From contig JAUCBJ010008180.1 of assembly GCA_032718475.1 (NCBI GenBank), forward strand, positions 1-39,902: a stretch of DNA of 39,902 nucleotides, written 5' to 3'. The notes under the pieces were generated by a model. It searched no databases. It saw only the letters and a program-made list of their open reading frames with translations, and was not told the origin of the DNA. The DNA is from Nemertoderma westbladi (lineage: Eukaryota > Animalia > Xenacoelomorpha). Made by a program: the position numbers and the translations under genes. Shown here in pieces: positions 1-11,708 of the stretch (position 1 is the stretch's first letter; every line of letters begins with the position of its first letter).

Positions 1-3000
1 CAACTTAGGATAGAAGTTCTTATTCCACCCAGACCTATTCGCCCCCCAATTGATTTTACCCTTTCTAAAGGAGATTCCCATTTCTTTTACTGCCACCCAA
101 CTAGTCGAGAATACATTGTTTCCTGGTTATGTCTCAATAAACCTTGCTCCCAGTTAAGTAACGCTACTCCGAATCCCGATGAAGGGTTTCTACATATTGA
201 AGAAGCAACGGCTGCGAATGACGGCCTCTATACATGTATTGTCTCAGGAACTTATCATGGTGAGGAAGTTACTTCTCGAACTGACGTTCGGCTAACTGTT
301 AGGTCTGGGATGGAAATAAGTAAGCAATCCCCCGATTACATAACAGCAGGTGATGAAAAGTTTGAGTTTACTTGCAGCACTCCTTTAGACCATGTATTTG
401 AAGTTTCTGTTCATGACTCTTCTCAGGCCCAAGGTGAACAATGGCCCCCACAGAACTTTGTAGTACACAACATACCACAATATCTAGTATCAGTACAAAT
501 AAACAATCCAACTTTTATTGATGCAAAAAAATACGAATGTAAAGCCACAAAATTTAACAATGGTGTTCCGATCACCATTCTTGAGGATGTCGAAATATAT
601 TTTCATCCCAATATTAAGACGCTGGTAGTAACAAGTCCTGCAAATAAGGATGCAATCATTGAAGGAGATGATGTTGTTCTAAATTGTGATGCAGAAGGGC
701 GGCCGGAGGTAAATTATTCCTGGAAGTTTACTCCAACTTCTGGTACTCCTGGAGAATCTGTTCTAACAGGAGAAACTGAAAGGACACTTTCACTGGTAGA
801 TGTTACAGAGCAGAACAGTGGCCAATATCGATGTGTAGCTTCTAATGTCATTGACTCCGAGTCACTTCAAGATGACATCACCATCGATATTGATGTTAAA
901 GTTCCAGCGAAGATTATAACACTTGATCAAAGAGACACAATAATTAAAGGTGAAACTCAAGAGATGAATATAAATTGCGTAACAGAAGGAACACAACCTA
1001 TAGTCATTACATGGAAATTTAATGGCAACGTTATCAACTCGATTCCACAAGAAATTACAGTTGATAGTAGTGGAGATAACAATAGCATTCTCAAGGTATT
1101 TAATCCTGACTCTGACGATTCTGGTGATTATGCATGTGAAGCTATGAACACTATCAATGGTGTCGACCATACTGTTACTCGAGTTGTTCAAATAGATGTC
1201 ATGGTTCCAGCATATGTAACAAATATAATAACCACAGTAACAACAAGTACTGGTGAAGTTACCAATCAAATAACTGCAGGATCAACAGTGACTCTAGAAT
1301 GTAGAGCAGATGGAAATCCTAATACACCTTTGACATATTCTTGGAAACATGATGAAATAACCCTCGAAAATGCAAATAGTAACTCTGTTACACTTGAAAA
1401 CATATTACCAAATGATACTGGCAGATACCAATGCATTGTATCCAACATAATTGATGGTGAATCAAAATCTGGTCCACCAGCTCTAAACAATGGAGACCCT
1501 TTGGACACAATTCATGTCCATTTTGTTGGATCACCAGTTATAAAAGATGGATTTCCAAAAGTTACAGTACCCTTAGGTGTAAATAATGTGAAACATGGAG
1601 AAGATGTCACTATAAGTTGTGAGTATAGTATTGGCGCAGTGGCCTCCATCGCTTGGGAATTTCAAAGTGATGGGTCAGATCCAGTCGAAGTATTAAATAG
1701 TGGCAAATACATAATAGATAGCCATACTTTATTAATTGAATCAGTTTCAGAGGATGATATTGGCAATTACAAATGTATAGTGAGAAATAACGCTGGACAT
1801 GATGAAGGCTCTTTAAATATTTTTGTAACAAACAACATTATTACTCCTACATTGAATTCTGTTGTCTTAAAGGAATTAACATGGGACTCTTTCATAGTGA
1901 CGTGGCAAGCGGCTGTTGTGCCAGAAGGGGCATCCCCACTAATTCGATACAAAGTTAAGTGTGCCGAAGTTGGTTTGAGCAGCAATGAGTGGATTACATG
2001 CGGTGAAACTACAAATGAGTCTGACAGAGAACTTGAAGTATCACAACATGGAAGTGAGGGTTTTGAACAAAATAAAGCGTACAAATTTGCAGTAGTAGCA
2101 CTTAATTTGAATGGAGATAGTGAATTAAGTAATGAGATTACTGCCAGTACATCTAGCCTGGCTCCAAGTGTACCTTGGCAAATATCTGTAATTCCACATG
2201 AAGTGGGATTCCAGGTTACTTGGTCGCAACCTTCCCAAGGTGGAACATTTGGCATTAGTAAATATAAGATAGAATATCGTGTAAAAATGAGCCCAGAAAC
2301 AGACAGACGGAGACGATCTTCAATAATTGACAATGTACGCAGTGTAAGATCTAATGTTGAATGGATGGCAGTAGAGGTAGATTCACAGAATCAAAATTCG
2401 CAAACATATCAAGTTACATCTCTAAAATCATTTACAGATTACGAGGTTAGGCTAGCAGCCGGTTCCTCTAGTGCCAGTGGTGATCACTGGAGTCCTTACA
2501 GTGATGTAATTTCAATTAAGACTAATTCCAGAACACCATTAGCATCGGTACAACGGCCCCATGCAGATAATATTACTCCATGGTCTATGGATATAGTATG
2601 GGAAGAAGTAACTGCATATGATTCAAATGGCCCTATTACATCGTACACCATAATCTTTTATACAGATACTGTAGATGATGCCACAGAGGTAACAGTACCT
2701 CACCCAACTATGACTAAGACGATTGGTGGTCTTGAACCATCAACAGACTACAAGTTTAGAGTTAATGCCTGCCAAGGAGATAAATGTGTGACTGGGTCTG
2801 AGGTAAAAGCAACAACAAGAGCACCCAGGGACATAATGATCCTGGAGTTAAATTCCACTACAGTTAAACTGGATTGGGTATATTCTCTAAATGACCCTTC
2901 CATATATAGTGCTTATGATATATGTTACATACCAATGGAAAACATTCGTTATGAGAGGGCTGAAACAGATGCTGGGTATTGTTTCACAACTACTGAAAGC

Positions 3001-4014
3001 GAATGTCAAGCAAACTTTGAAGAAAGTGCCTCTGATGTTAAAGAACTTCTTGTTGCTTTGTTCTCACAATGTTTGTCTCCCACCTCATTACAAGGGAGCA
3101 CCTGCAGTGCTAACTCTAACTGCATACTAGTTACCAACATAGAGGATTTGACAGAAACTACAGTTTCGTATACAACATATTTCGGGTGTGATGATCCAGC
3201 TTTGGTGAAATGCACAAATGGTGGTCGAAGTTCTCAATTTGTAAATATGTCCAGCTCAAATGATGATAATACATATGGACTATGTTATAATAATGTGGAA
3301 CTATCATCAGACGCTACTTATAATAATGCGATAGCATCATTGGAGCAGCAGTTTGATCTCTTTCCCCCCGAGAAAAAACATAAATCAGAATTATCTGATA
3401 AGATATGCCAAGGAAGGTTTAAAAAAGAACTTTCATCAACGGAAACTGAGCTTGAACTCACAGGCATCGTTCCCGGTGCCCAATATCTCGCGACAGTTAC
3501 AGCCATTCCTAGATCACAGGAGCACAGGGTACAAATACTGAAAGCGACATTCACAACGAAACCCACATCATTACCTAGTAAAACAACTAAATGCGAACAA
3601 ATTGGCTCAATTTGCACCACGACATTCTATATCATAATTGGCGTATTAGCCTTCATTCTGCTTTCTGTGATCCTCATCCTTATAATATGCGTATTACTTA
3701 ACAAGTGGAAACGTGAAATGAAGCCACGAACTGATTCCAATGAACTGGTTCATGTGCGAACAACGGAGGCGAGCAATGAATCGGTAGTTGATGGTATCGA
3801 CAACATGGCCTACAGACGGACAAATGGAAACACCCGGACTATAAACCCTAATGCAGTCCATCCCGCACCCAACCCTCCATTGGTTAATGGAATCGTCGGT
3901 GAGGAAAGACTGCTAACTCATGGCGATTCTATTAAACCCCCTCCGCAATCCAATCCGACAAACTACTATCCCCACACTTATGACGCACATGGTCGTCTAA
4001 TAAGTTTTATGTAA
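1..4014 (+). CDS. Ig-superfamily/fibronectin type III single-pass cell-adhesion or receptor protein (NCAM/L1/contactin-like architecture), 5'-truncated by the window
   Basis: The frame of ORF 310..4014 is open from base 1, with a further Ig motif (FYC..SW..DGLYTC) upstream of the listed ATG. It has several Ig domains (SGQYRC, SGDYAC, TGRYQC, IGNYKC) and four FN3 repeats (e.g. GLEPSTDYKFRVNA). A hydrophobic TM helix FYIIIGVLAFILLSVILILIICVLL (~3625-3699) is followed by a ~100-aa cytoplasmic tail. Stop TAA at 4012-4014. Confidence 0.9.
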   Translation, partial: QLRIEVLIPPRPIRPPIDFTLSKGDSHFFYCHPTSREYIVSWLCLNKPCSQLSNATPNPDEGFLHIEEATAANDGLYTCIVSGTYHGEEVTSRTDVRLTVRSGMEISKQSPDYITAGDEKFEFTCSTPLDHVFEVSVHDSSQAQGEQWPPQNFVVHNIPQYLVSVQINNPTFIDAKKYECKATKFNNGVPITILEDVEIYFHPNIKTLVVTSPANKDAIIEGDDVVLNCDAEGRPEVNYSWKFTPTSGTPGESVLTGETERTLSLVDVTEQNSGQYRCVASNVIDSESLQDDITIDIDVKVPAKIITLDQRDTIIKGETQEMNINCVTEGTQPIVITWKFNGNVINSIPQEITVDSSGDNNSILKVFNPDSDDSGDYACEAMNTINGVDHTVTRVVQIDVMVPAYVTNIITTVTTSTGEVTNQITAGSTVTLECRADGNPNTPLTYSWKHDEITLENANSNSVTLENILPNDTGRYQCIVSNIIDGESKSGPPALNNGDPLDTIHVHFVGSPVIKDGFPKVTVPLGVNNVKHGEDVTISCEYSIGAVASIAWEFQSDGSDPVEVLNSGKYIIDSHTLLIESVSEDDIGNYKCIVRNNAGHDEGSLNIFVTNNIITPTLNSVVLKELTWDSFIVTWQAAVVPEGASPLIRYKVKCAEVGLSSNEWITCGETTNESDRELEVSQHGSEGFEQNKAYKFAVVALNLNGDSELSNEITASTSSLAPSVPWQISVIPHEVGFQVTWSQPSQGGTFGISKYKIEYRVKMSPETDRRRRSSIIDNVRSVRSNVEWMAVEVDSQNQNSQTYQVTSLKSFTDYEVRLAAGSSSASGDHWSPYSDVISIKTNSRTPLASVQRPHADNITPWSMDIVWEEVTAYDSNGPITSYTIIFYTDTVDDATEVTVPHPTMTKTIGGLEPSTDYKFRVNACQGDKCVTGSEVKATTRAPRDIMILELNSTTVKLDWVYSLNDPSIYSAYDICYIPMENIRYERAETDAGYCFTTTESECQANFEESASDVKELLVALFSQCLSPTSLQGSTCSANSNCILVTNIEDLTETTVSYTTYFGCDDPALVKCTNGGRSSQFVNMSSSNDDNTYGLCYNNVELSSDATYNNAIASLEQQFDLFPPEKKHKSELSDKICQGRFKKELSSTETELELTGIVPGAQYLATVTAIPRSQEHRVQILKATFTTKPTSLPSKTTKCEQIGSICTTTFYIIIGVLAFILLSVILILIICVLLNKWKREMKPRTDSNELVHVRTTEASNESVVDGIDNMAYRRTNGNTRTINPNAVHPAPNPPLVNGIVGEERLLTHGDSIKPPPQSNPTNYYPHTYDAHGRLISFM

Positions 4015-5647
4015 CATAACATTTTCGCATGCTCATATAATTATAATTAACTTATGATTTGATGTTATGGAATTTAAAAATTATCCTGTAAATTCTTATA
4101 ACACTTCGCAGAGTTAGGTATTGGGTGCCATGGACAAGGTTGAGAGATATTTTAATAATGGTAATTCATTCAATATATATAAAGTAAGTAAAGCTTTGCC
4201 ACGTTTCAGGAAGAACAGATAAGCAAGCAACATAGTAATTCTTAATGACAGACGGGTTTGTATTTTTAACAATAATTTTTGTACGATATTGCATTTAATT
4301 TCGATAAACAAAATGTAGTCTACGTTTTTATCACTATGAATGGTTGCGTGTTGTGTTGCTTTCAAGTTGCATTTAATACTAGCCAAATAAACCTGTAAAT
4401 ACACGAATATTTTCAATATATTTTTAGCATATTTAATATTTATGTTGTGTAAGCTCAAATATTTATTAATTTAATATTGTTTAATTTATGTGCCTATCAC
4501 ATCGCTGCATTGATAATTTCTTATTAAATGGTGCGTCTATTTCGTTAAGGATTGGTTCTTGGTGCAATTCTGTTATTTGTCATGTAGAAATTCCGTCCAC
4601 TATACTGTATATTAATTAATTATGATTTTGTCAATATTGTGATTCGAACGGCGTCGCAACTTATAACCTATAATTGTTTGTTCTTGAACTCATTACTTGT
4701 TCTAGAATAACTGTGCCAGTTTGTGTATTACTATGATTTATACCAAACAGTTTAGAATAAGTTTCTTGATATTGACAGCCTCATATACTGTACAAATAAT
4801 TAAATATTATAGAATAATGTTGAATTGCCAATAAATTAATGTACATTGTAGAATTTATAATTATTTAATAACTAATAATTATTTATCTATTATAAAGCTT
4901 TTGCAATATTATGTGTTCGTTTCAAAATTTACATTCTAGTATTAAAATAAATATTACTTTCGAAGATTCATATCTATGTTAATATAGGTGACACACGGGC
5001 TGATAGTGGCGTAAGTTGTCGCTTGAGTAAAATAATATATTATCTCCAGGGCAAAATGGTCGCATACGAAATTTAGTTTCATTTATGGTTTTGATTAGAA
5101 AACACCGCCACTGCTTCTTTCCCTTAATGTTTTAAATAAATTTAAATGCTAAAACAACATTTTGATAATAATATTAAAGTTAATCAAAAAATACTATAGT
5201 TTAAGATATGCTTCCCGACTAGTCTTTTTTCAGCCCCTTTTTCAGTCCCCTTTTCAGGCAATGATAAATAAGTAATAAAATACCGAAAATATTCGTTTAA
5301 TTTGACTCTGAAATGAAATATATAATTAATCTTTGTAAATTTACTTAATTTTAATGTTGCAGGGGAAAGGTAGGAGGTAGGCCTACTAGAATCTTACATT
5401 ACATGACAGTGGTAAGTATGTAAGTATATATGTTGAAATATTTACTGAACAAAAAGTAAATATTCAAAAATAAGTAAAACGTGAATGAATACATGCGGAA
5501 AACAAACCACGGTCAAAAAGCGGAAAATAATTACAGAAAATAGAAAAAGAGCTAAAATGTACAATTCATATGAAAAGTTAATAATATAACATATATCGCT
5601 GAAGGCCAGATTTAAAGTGGTAAGAGTTGTGATATCATTCAGTTAAG

Positions 5648-5732
5648 GGGGGTGTCATCGCGTTTCGGCAACTGATAGCGTTTGAGCCGCGTTTCGGCAA
5701 CTCATAGTCGCGTTTCGGAAACTCGTAAACAA
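5648..5732. repeat. Three GCGTTTCGG(C/A)AACT repeats, probable orphan DNA-transposon terminus
   Basis: The motif occurs three times after a G-run and is followed by CGTAAACAAA; no inverted partner was found in the window. Confidence 0.45.
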
Positions 5733-7006
5733 AGGCCAACTGGATACTGTATAGAGCCTACAGTATAGAGATAGGTGGAATCTCAACGTCACCATCGCAT
5801 TGTATCAACCAACATAGAGCAGAGCAAATCAGGATTATTTATTACCTTTGCCTCATTACGTTTCCCATTATTCAATTTCATTCTACATTAGTTTACCCAC
5901 GCCTACTCCAACACTACTGACTATTACAGGAGGCCTACACGAAACCAACAATAAACTAATATTATCGTTATTACTACGGTGGCTGATTTAGGCCACATTT
6001 AATTAATTTTTTTTTTAAAGTGGATTAAGAAAAAAATTAACTAAAATATATTATTTAGGGGATTAAGAAAACAGAAACAAATTAAACTAAATTATGTGAA
6101 TATTGATTTTGATTGGTTGAAAAAAATAAATATACTAAATTAAGTATATTTCTGATTGGTTGAAAAAATTAATAAACTAAATTAAGTATATTTCTGATTG
6201 GTTGAAAAAATAAATAAACTAAATTAAGTTATTTCTGATTGGTTTAAAAAATAAATAAACTAAGTTAAGTTATTTCTGATTGGTTGAAAAAATAAATAAA
6301 CTAAATTAAGTTATTTCTGACTGGTTGAAAAAATAATTTCATTCAATAGGAATATTCATTCAATAGGTAATGCATCCAATAGGAAGGGCCAACTAACAAA
6401 GAAGTACTTCTGTGCCAAGTATTATCATTCTACTCTACAACCCAAAGCAAACATTAACTGGTTTAGAAGGCTATTACAGTCTCAGCTGAATAACTCTTCC
6501 CAATGCATCCTATGGAAAATCAACAAGGTTAATCACTCTGCTATGTTAATTTGCGTGCAAGCTAAATGACTGTTAGTTACACAGTGTGTTGGCTACTATT
6601 ATTGCACTGTGCTCTCATCTAATTATTGTTTTATTTTGAAATCTTTGTGCCAGTGTATGATGGATGTTGAAGTCGAAGTTAAAATTTCGGCGGGAGAAAC
6701 AGGTGTAGATCCAATGCTCCCAAGTGCAACTGTAGTTCCAGAAGAAGATAACGACATCGAAATATCCCGAGAACTGGCCGAAAGACGATCGGTCTACTAC
6801 AGCCGCCAGTTTGAAGATGGTCAGTGTACGTTGAGTAACAATACTGGTCTTAGAAATGATGGTTTATCTCGTCCAAGGCAAACGGAATGGGGTACTTATT
6901 TTCAGATTACTGATCAATACAATAATTATTGTGTTCAGAAAGTGTTATTGTATGTTAATTGTGTTATTTTTCAGATACAAGTAATCTTTCGTCTTATATT
7001 CAATAA

Positions 7007-8085
7007 CTAGAGACGGGCCTACTACTACTACTAGGATCGGCATGCTGCATTGCAGCTGCATTTTTAAGAATGCTGTGCCGGCTTATCGACAAAATTGCAC
7101 CGCCACAACACCCTATCACCCATGGCATTTGCTAGATCATCCGCATCTTCAAGGCCAGTGTTCTTTAAGATGCGTCTCAAGAAAGTCATGGGCTGTCCAC
7201 CATGCTTATTCACTCCATGAGGCTGCCAAAGTACAAGATTATGCACTGGCTGGTCCTCACGGCGAAAGCAATGTCCTGCAAACCGGATGCGATTTTGTTC
7301 TAGTGTAAAGCTTGGGGGAACCAATGAGACACCTCCAATGTTATACAGTGTCTGGTTGGAGATGTGTGCATTGTACTTGACACAATGAACCCGGCGTAGC
7401 ATTCTTGTGAATGTGCCATCCAGAGATTTGGTGTTCTCAGCAGTTAGAGCCCAGCATGGACTCCCATAGAGGAGTACTGGAACTACTGCTGCTCTAAATA
7501 ATCGGACCTTAAGTTTCCGATTAATTCTCGGTGACTTCCAAATCCTGGAAAGCCTATTCAAGGCTGCTCATGCCTTTCCCTTACGTATTCGAAGGTCCTC
7601 ACCTGACTTCTGGATCCATGATCCCAGGTAACAGAAGTCGGGACAGAGACGGGCCTAGCGGCCCGTAAAGAAAGTCGTAGGAGACAGTACGAGTCAAGTA
7701 AAAGCTTTTTGTTCTGTCTGATAATAAATTAGTGTGAGGGTAGTCCCGGTGGTGTACGAGAAATTTTCTAGATAACTTCAAACTATAATTTTTATGTTGT
7801 AATCATCTAATGAATTATAAAAGCTGTTGTGATTATAGAAGATAGAGAGCAGTTAGCGAAATGATAGAGCTATTGAATAGAGTAGTAAGAGAGGAGTCGA
7901 GGTGTCAATTGATTAATAACAACAACAGCAGTTGTCATGAATTCAATACAATCGCGCTCAAGAAGTGATAGAAAAATTCGATCTTATTTTTGTAATAAAT
8001 AAAACAAGTTGAGATGTTTCGATGTAAACCGCGATTAACAATTTACACTGTTCAATGTAAACCACGATATTATTATTATAACAGA
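7007..8085 (-). mobile_element. Non-autonomous Helitron (~440 bp once the LINE is removed), nested in the foldback element
   Basis: The minus strand starts A|TCTGTTATAATAATAAT at 8085. After removing the LINE and one TSD copy it ends with the hairpin ACGGGCC-GCTA-GGCCCGT followed by CTCTAG|T (7010-7007). These are canonical A|TC...CTAG|T Helitron termini. Confidence 0.65.
7022..7644 (-). mobile_element. 5'-truncated RTE-clade LINE with (TAG)n tail
   Basis: ORF 7064..7561(-) has the post-RT LINE motif IWKS..I..KLKVRLFRA.V.PVLLYGS..W. The tail reads (CTA)n on + at 7022-7033. A 13-bp TSD AGAGACGGGCCTA lies at 7009-7021 and 7645-7657. Confidence 0.88.
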
Positions 8086-9062
8086 TTTATATATTTCAAA
8101 CTATAATGTTAGCCTTATGGAGAATCATTATGAGGCTGAGTAAACATTCAGCCTTATAAGCATACAGCCTCCACAGTATTAATGTTGGCACAAAGATTTC
8201 AAAATAAAACAATAATTAGATGAGAGCACAGTGCAATCAATATTAGCCAACACACTGTGTAACTAACAGTCATTTAGCTTGCACGCCAATTAATTAACAT
8301 TGGGAAGAGTTATTCAGCTGAGACTGTAATAGCCAGCTATACCAGTTAATGTTTGTTTTGGGTTGTAGAGTAGAGTGATAATACTTGGCACAGAAGTACT
8401 TCTTTGTTAGTTGGCCCTTCCTATTGAATGCATTACCTATTGAATGAATATTCCTATTGAATGAATTTATTTTTTCAATCAATCAGAAATAACTTAATTT
8501 AGTTTATTTATTTTTTCAACCAATCAGAAATATACTTAATTTAATTTATTTATTTTTTCAACCAATCAGTCAGAAATACAGTTAATTTAGTTAATTTATT
8601 TTTTAAACCAATCAGAAATAACTTAAATTTAGTTTATTTATTTTTTAAACCAATCAGAATTATAATTAATTTAGTTTATTTATTTTTTTCAACCAATCAA
8701 AATCAATATTCACATAATTTAGTTTAATTTGTTTCTATTTTCTTAAACCCCTAAATAATATAATTTAGTTTATTTTTTTCTTAATCCCCTTCAAAAAAAA
8801 TAAATTAAATGTGGCCTAAATCAGCCACCGTATTATTACTGTATATCTAATCCATAAAATCAGAGTTTGGGCTACTACACCTGTCGTGGAAGTCATTACC
8901 CCCTTGTAAGCGTAATCATTGTACCGGTAAGCCTGAGTGAACATCAATAGGCCCCTTGAACAAGCTACAAAATTGATGTCAGGTTCAGGTTCAGGTTTTG
9001 TTTCAGTTACATTTCTGAAGGCCGTAGTACATTGTAGTAGCCTACAGTACGTATGTAATTAG

Positions 9063-10030
9063 CCTAGCGAAGCGCATAAGGTTTCAAGTAAAAGACTATT
9101 TAGCCAGGTCAGAACGATAAAGGAAGATGATTCAAACATACAATATCGTTGGAATTTAAAGGCAAAAAAAGAACCCGATGGACACCTAGTAGAATACCGA
9201 GCGTGTACACACTGCAGGAAGATTAAAGAGCGTGATGGACATCCACTAAAGATACCTACTATTACTGCGAGAGACGGCGTAGTAATTACAAACCCCAACC
9301 AAGGACACTTCTGCAATGGTGAACCAGAGGCAGTTTCAGAAGGTTTGCAGATGCGAAGGGAAGTGCGAAAAGACCTCATTGCTACAGGGGGGCGCAAACC
9401 CAAACGAAGGTACGTGGATTTAGTTAATAATACTCCCACTAAGTTTCCTCACCGAGATCTAGAATCCCATGATGCTGTGGAAGCTAGCATTGCACCGTAT
9501 AATATAATGAAATAATCCAGAACATAGACGGAGCGGCGAGTTGCTGTGAATACAAACCTGCTAGTTTTCTAGCAGTATTTCCGCACACAATGGATGAATG
9601 AAAAGAAGATTATCCTCACCAATCAGTTCAACAATAATGGAACGCGCACTGATAACGATGCTGAAAGCTTCCATAGTGGATTGGCTCACTTCTCCCAGCG
9701 TCAGCATATGCCGCTCCGTGAATTCCTCATCGACTACCAGAAGATGCATAACGCAAACCATGTCGGAATTGAACAGTTCGAGCGTGGCGAAAGGCCGAAC
9801 TACAGACGTGGACAGTATGTTGGTAATGACCAAGCTATCTCTAGGGCCAAAGAAGATATGTTGGCATTCATCGGAAACAAAAATCTAATCAACCATCCTG
9901 TAGATGTTGTAAACGTACACTTAGGACGTTACTTAGACCATATGGCGTATTGTCTTGGAGTGGACATACAGGCTATCAATCGTCTACCGGCCCAGGATCA
10001 GCCTGCCAAGACCAGCCTGGTCATATGGTT
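9063..10030 (+). pseudogene. Internally deleted Mutator/MULE-type transposase remnant
   Basis: 9063-9515 reads ...YRACTHC...GHFC..., a putative Zn-binding N-terminal part, then stops. From ~9573 it reads QYFRTQW...RTDNDAESFHSGL, matching the YF..W / RT(N)N..E.(W/F)H motif around the third catalytic Glu of MULE transposases. The central DD segment is absent. Confidence 0.65.
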
Positions 10031-10337
10031 GCTGACCCATACTGTTTTTTTGTTTTATAAGTTCTATCACCAAATAATAAATAATATTTGGGTGAAAATT
10101 ACATACTTTATTCATTCTCGAGTTGCTCTATCGCTTTATTATTATTAATTCCATATATTGTCTACATATTACGCGTTCGACTCAGTAAATAGAGTTATTT
10201 TATTTAGAATCCGACATATCTCAGGATCAATTTTTTGGGTAACAGCTGTCCAGCGTCACGGATGGAAAAAAATTCCACATTTATCAATCAGACCACAAAA
10301 TCATATTTTATCACTGCCAGATGTGCAAAACAGGAAA

Positions 10338-11212
10338 GGTTATATTGAAAAATATCGAGACATGAAAAATATCGAGAGTAAAAACAACGCGAGTAAAAAT
10401 ATAGAGTGTTGAAAAATAACGATAATATCGAGAGTTCAAAAAATATCGAGAGTAAAAATATCGAGAGTAAAAATATCGAGAGTAAAAATATCGAGAGTAA
10501 AAATATCGAGTGTTGAAAAATATCGAGAGTAAAAATATCGAGTGTTGAAAAATATCGAGAGTAAAAATATCGAATGTTGAAAAATATCGAGAGTGAAAAT
10601 ATCGAGTGTTGAAAAATATCGAGAGTAAAAATATCGATAGTAACAATTTTTTTAAATAAGGGTTGTATGATAATTGTTTTCCTAAAAATGTTCTAGAACC
10701 AAAAAATGTGTTCTAGAACAAAAAATATTTGTCAACATTGGTACCATACACGTGTTCTATAACATTTATAAAAAGAAGTAGAAAATACTAGCTAGCTATT
10801 TTAAAAAATTGAAAATGTAATCTAGAATTAAAAAATGTGTTCTAGAACAAAAGTATTTATCAAAATTGATACGTAGCTAGCACTTATTCTATAATATTTA
10901 TTAAAAAAATAGCAAAACCTAGCTAGTATAATAAATCTCGTGAATGGGTACCCAAGGTGTTTATTAATTCCATGTACTTGCACTTGCACTGTTGTATCCC
11001 ATGCACTGAAATATTGTCCCATAATTCTAAATAAAATACTCAAACAAAATGCAATATTTTTACTCTCGATATTTTTCTACACTCGAAATTTTTACTCTCG
11101 ATATTTTTACTCTCGATATTTTTCAACACTCGATATTTTTACTCTCGATATTTTTACTCTCGTTATTTTTACTCTCGATATTTTTCAAGTCTCGATATTT
11201 TTCACCATTACC
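10338..11212. mobile_element. MITE whose TIRs are tandem 15-bp AAAAATATCGAGAGT repeats (Merlin- or MULE-like)
   Basis: The forward array is ~10346-10640 and the inverted array ~11055-11203. Termini are GGT...ACC. The 8-bp flanking repeat is ACAGGAAA (10330-10337) / ACAGTAAA (11213-11220), with one mismatch. Confidence 0.8.
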
Positions 11213-11708
11213 ACAGTAAAATATACAGTATCTTTTTGGAGTTATTTTTGCCCTGGTGATTAAATGAGAAAACAAAAATTTTTGAAAACAACAATAAAAA
11301 ACAAGATTTGGGGTGATACCCCCTTAATATTAAAATATATTAAGAAAGCAGCGGTAATTATAAATAATATACGACCAATATATAAGTTTAACTTATTATA
11401 TTGTCTGGAAAAGGACTGTATTATAGTCAGAAAGTTCGCTTAACTTATATTATTCTTTGTTTGCGTGTGCTGAAATTCACACCTACTTTATATTAAATAA
11501 ATTTAAATTAATTTTTTAAACACACTATAACACACGGTTGGTGTTTGCGACTATTTTGCGCCATTAACTCCAGACGGCCTCTAGGAGTTCCATACTGGCT
11601 GAAGAGGATACAACCCGCAGAAAGGAAAAGCTCCTAAACAGTAACAGTGTATTTATTGAATCTGAACACCTGTGATGAACCCCGGGCCCTACCTACAGTT
11701 GGGTCCGA

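Larger units (their letters stand above)
5975..8832. mobile_element. Non-autonomous foldback-type DNA transposon with ~650-680-bp terminal inverted repeats
   Basis: 5975-6652 is the reverse complement of 8186-8832 (TACGGTGGCTGATTTAGGCCAC...GTGGCCTAAATCAGCCACCGTA). The direct repeat TTATTAC flanks it at 5968-5974 and 8833-8839. Each arm holds about six ~38-bp subrepeats with CTGATTGGTT. Confidence 0.9.

Noticed and set aside
310-312. ATG at 310 as the start of the Ig/FN3 gene
   Set aside because: The frame is open to base 1 with another Ig domain, and no signal peptide follows this ATG.
11582-11636. Second hammerhead-like motif (TAGGAGTTC...CTGAAGA...GAAAAGCTCCTA)
   Set aside because: No convincing stem II, and the stem III register does not fit the core.
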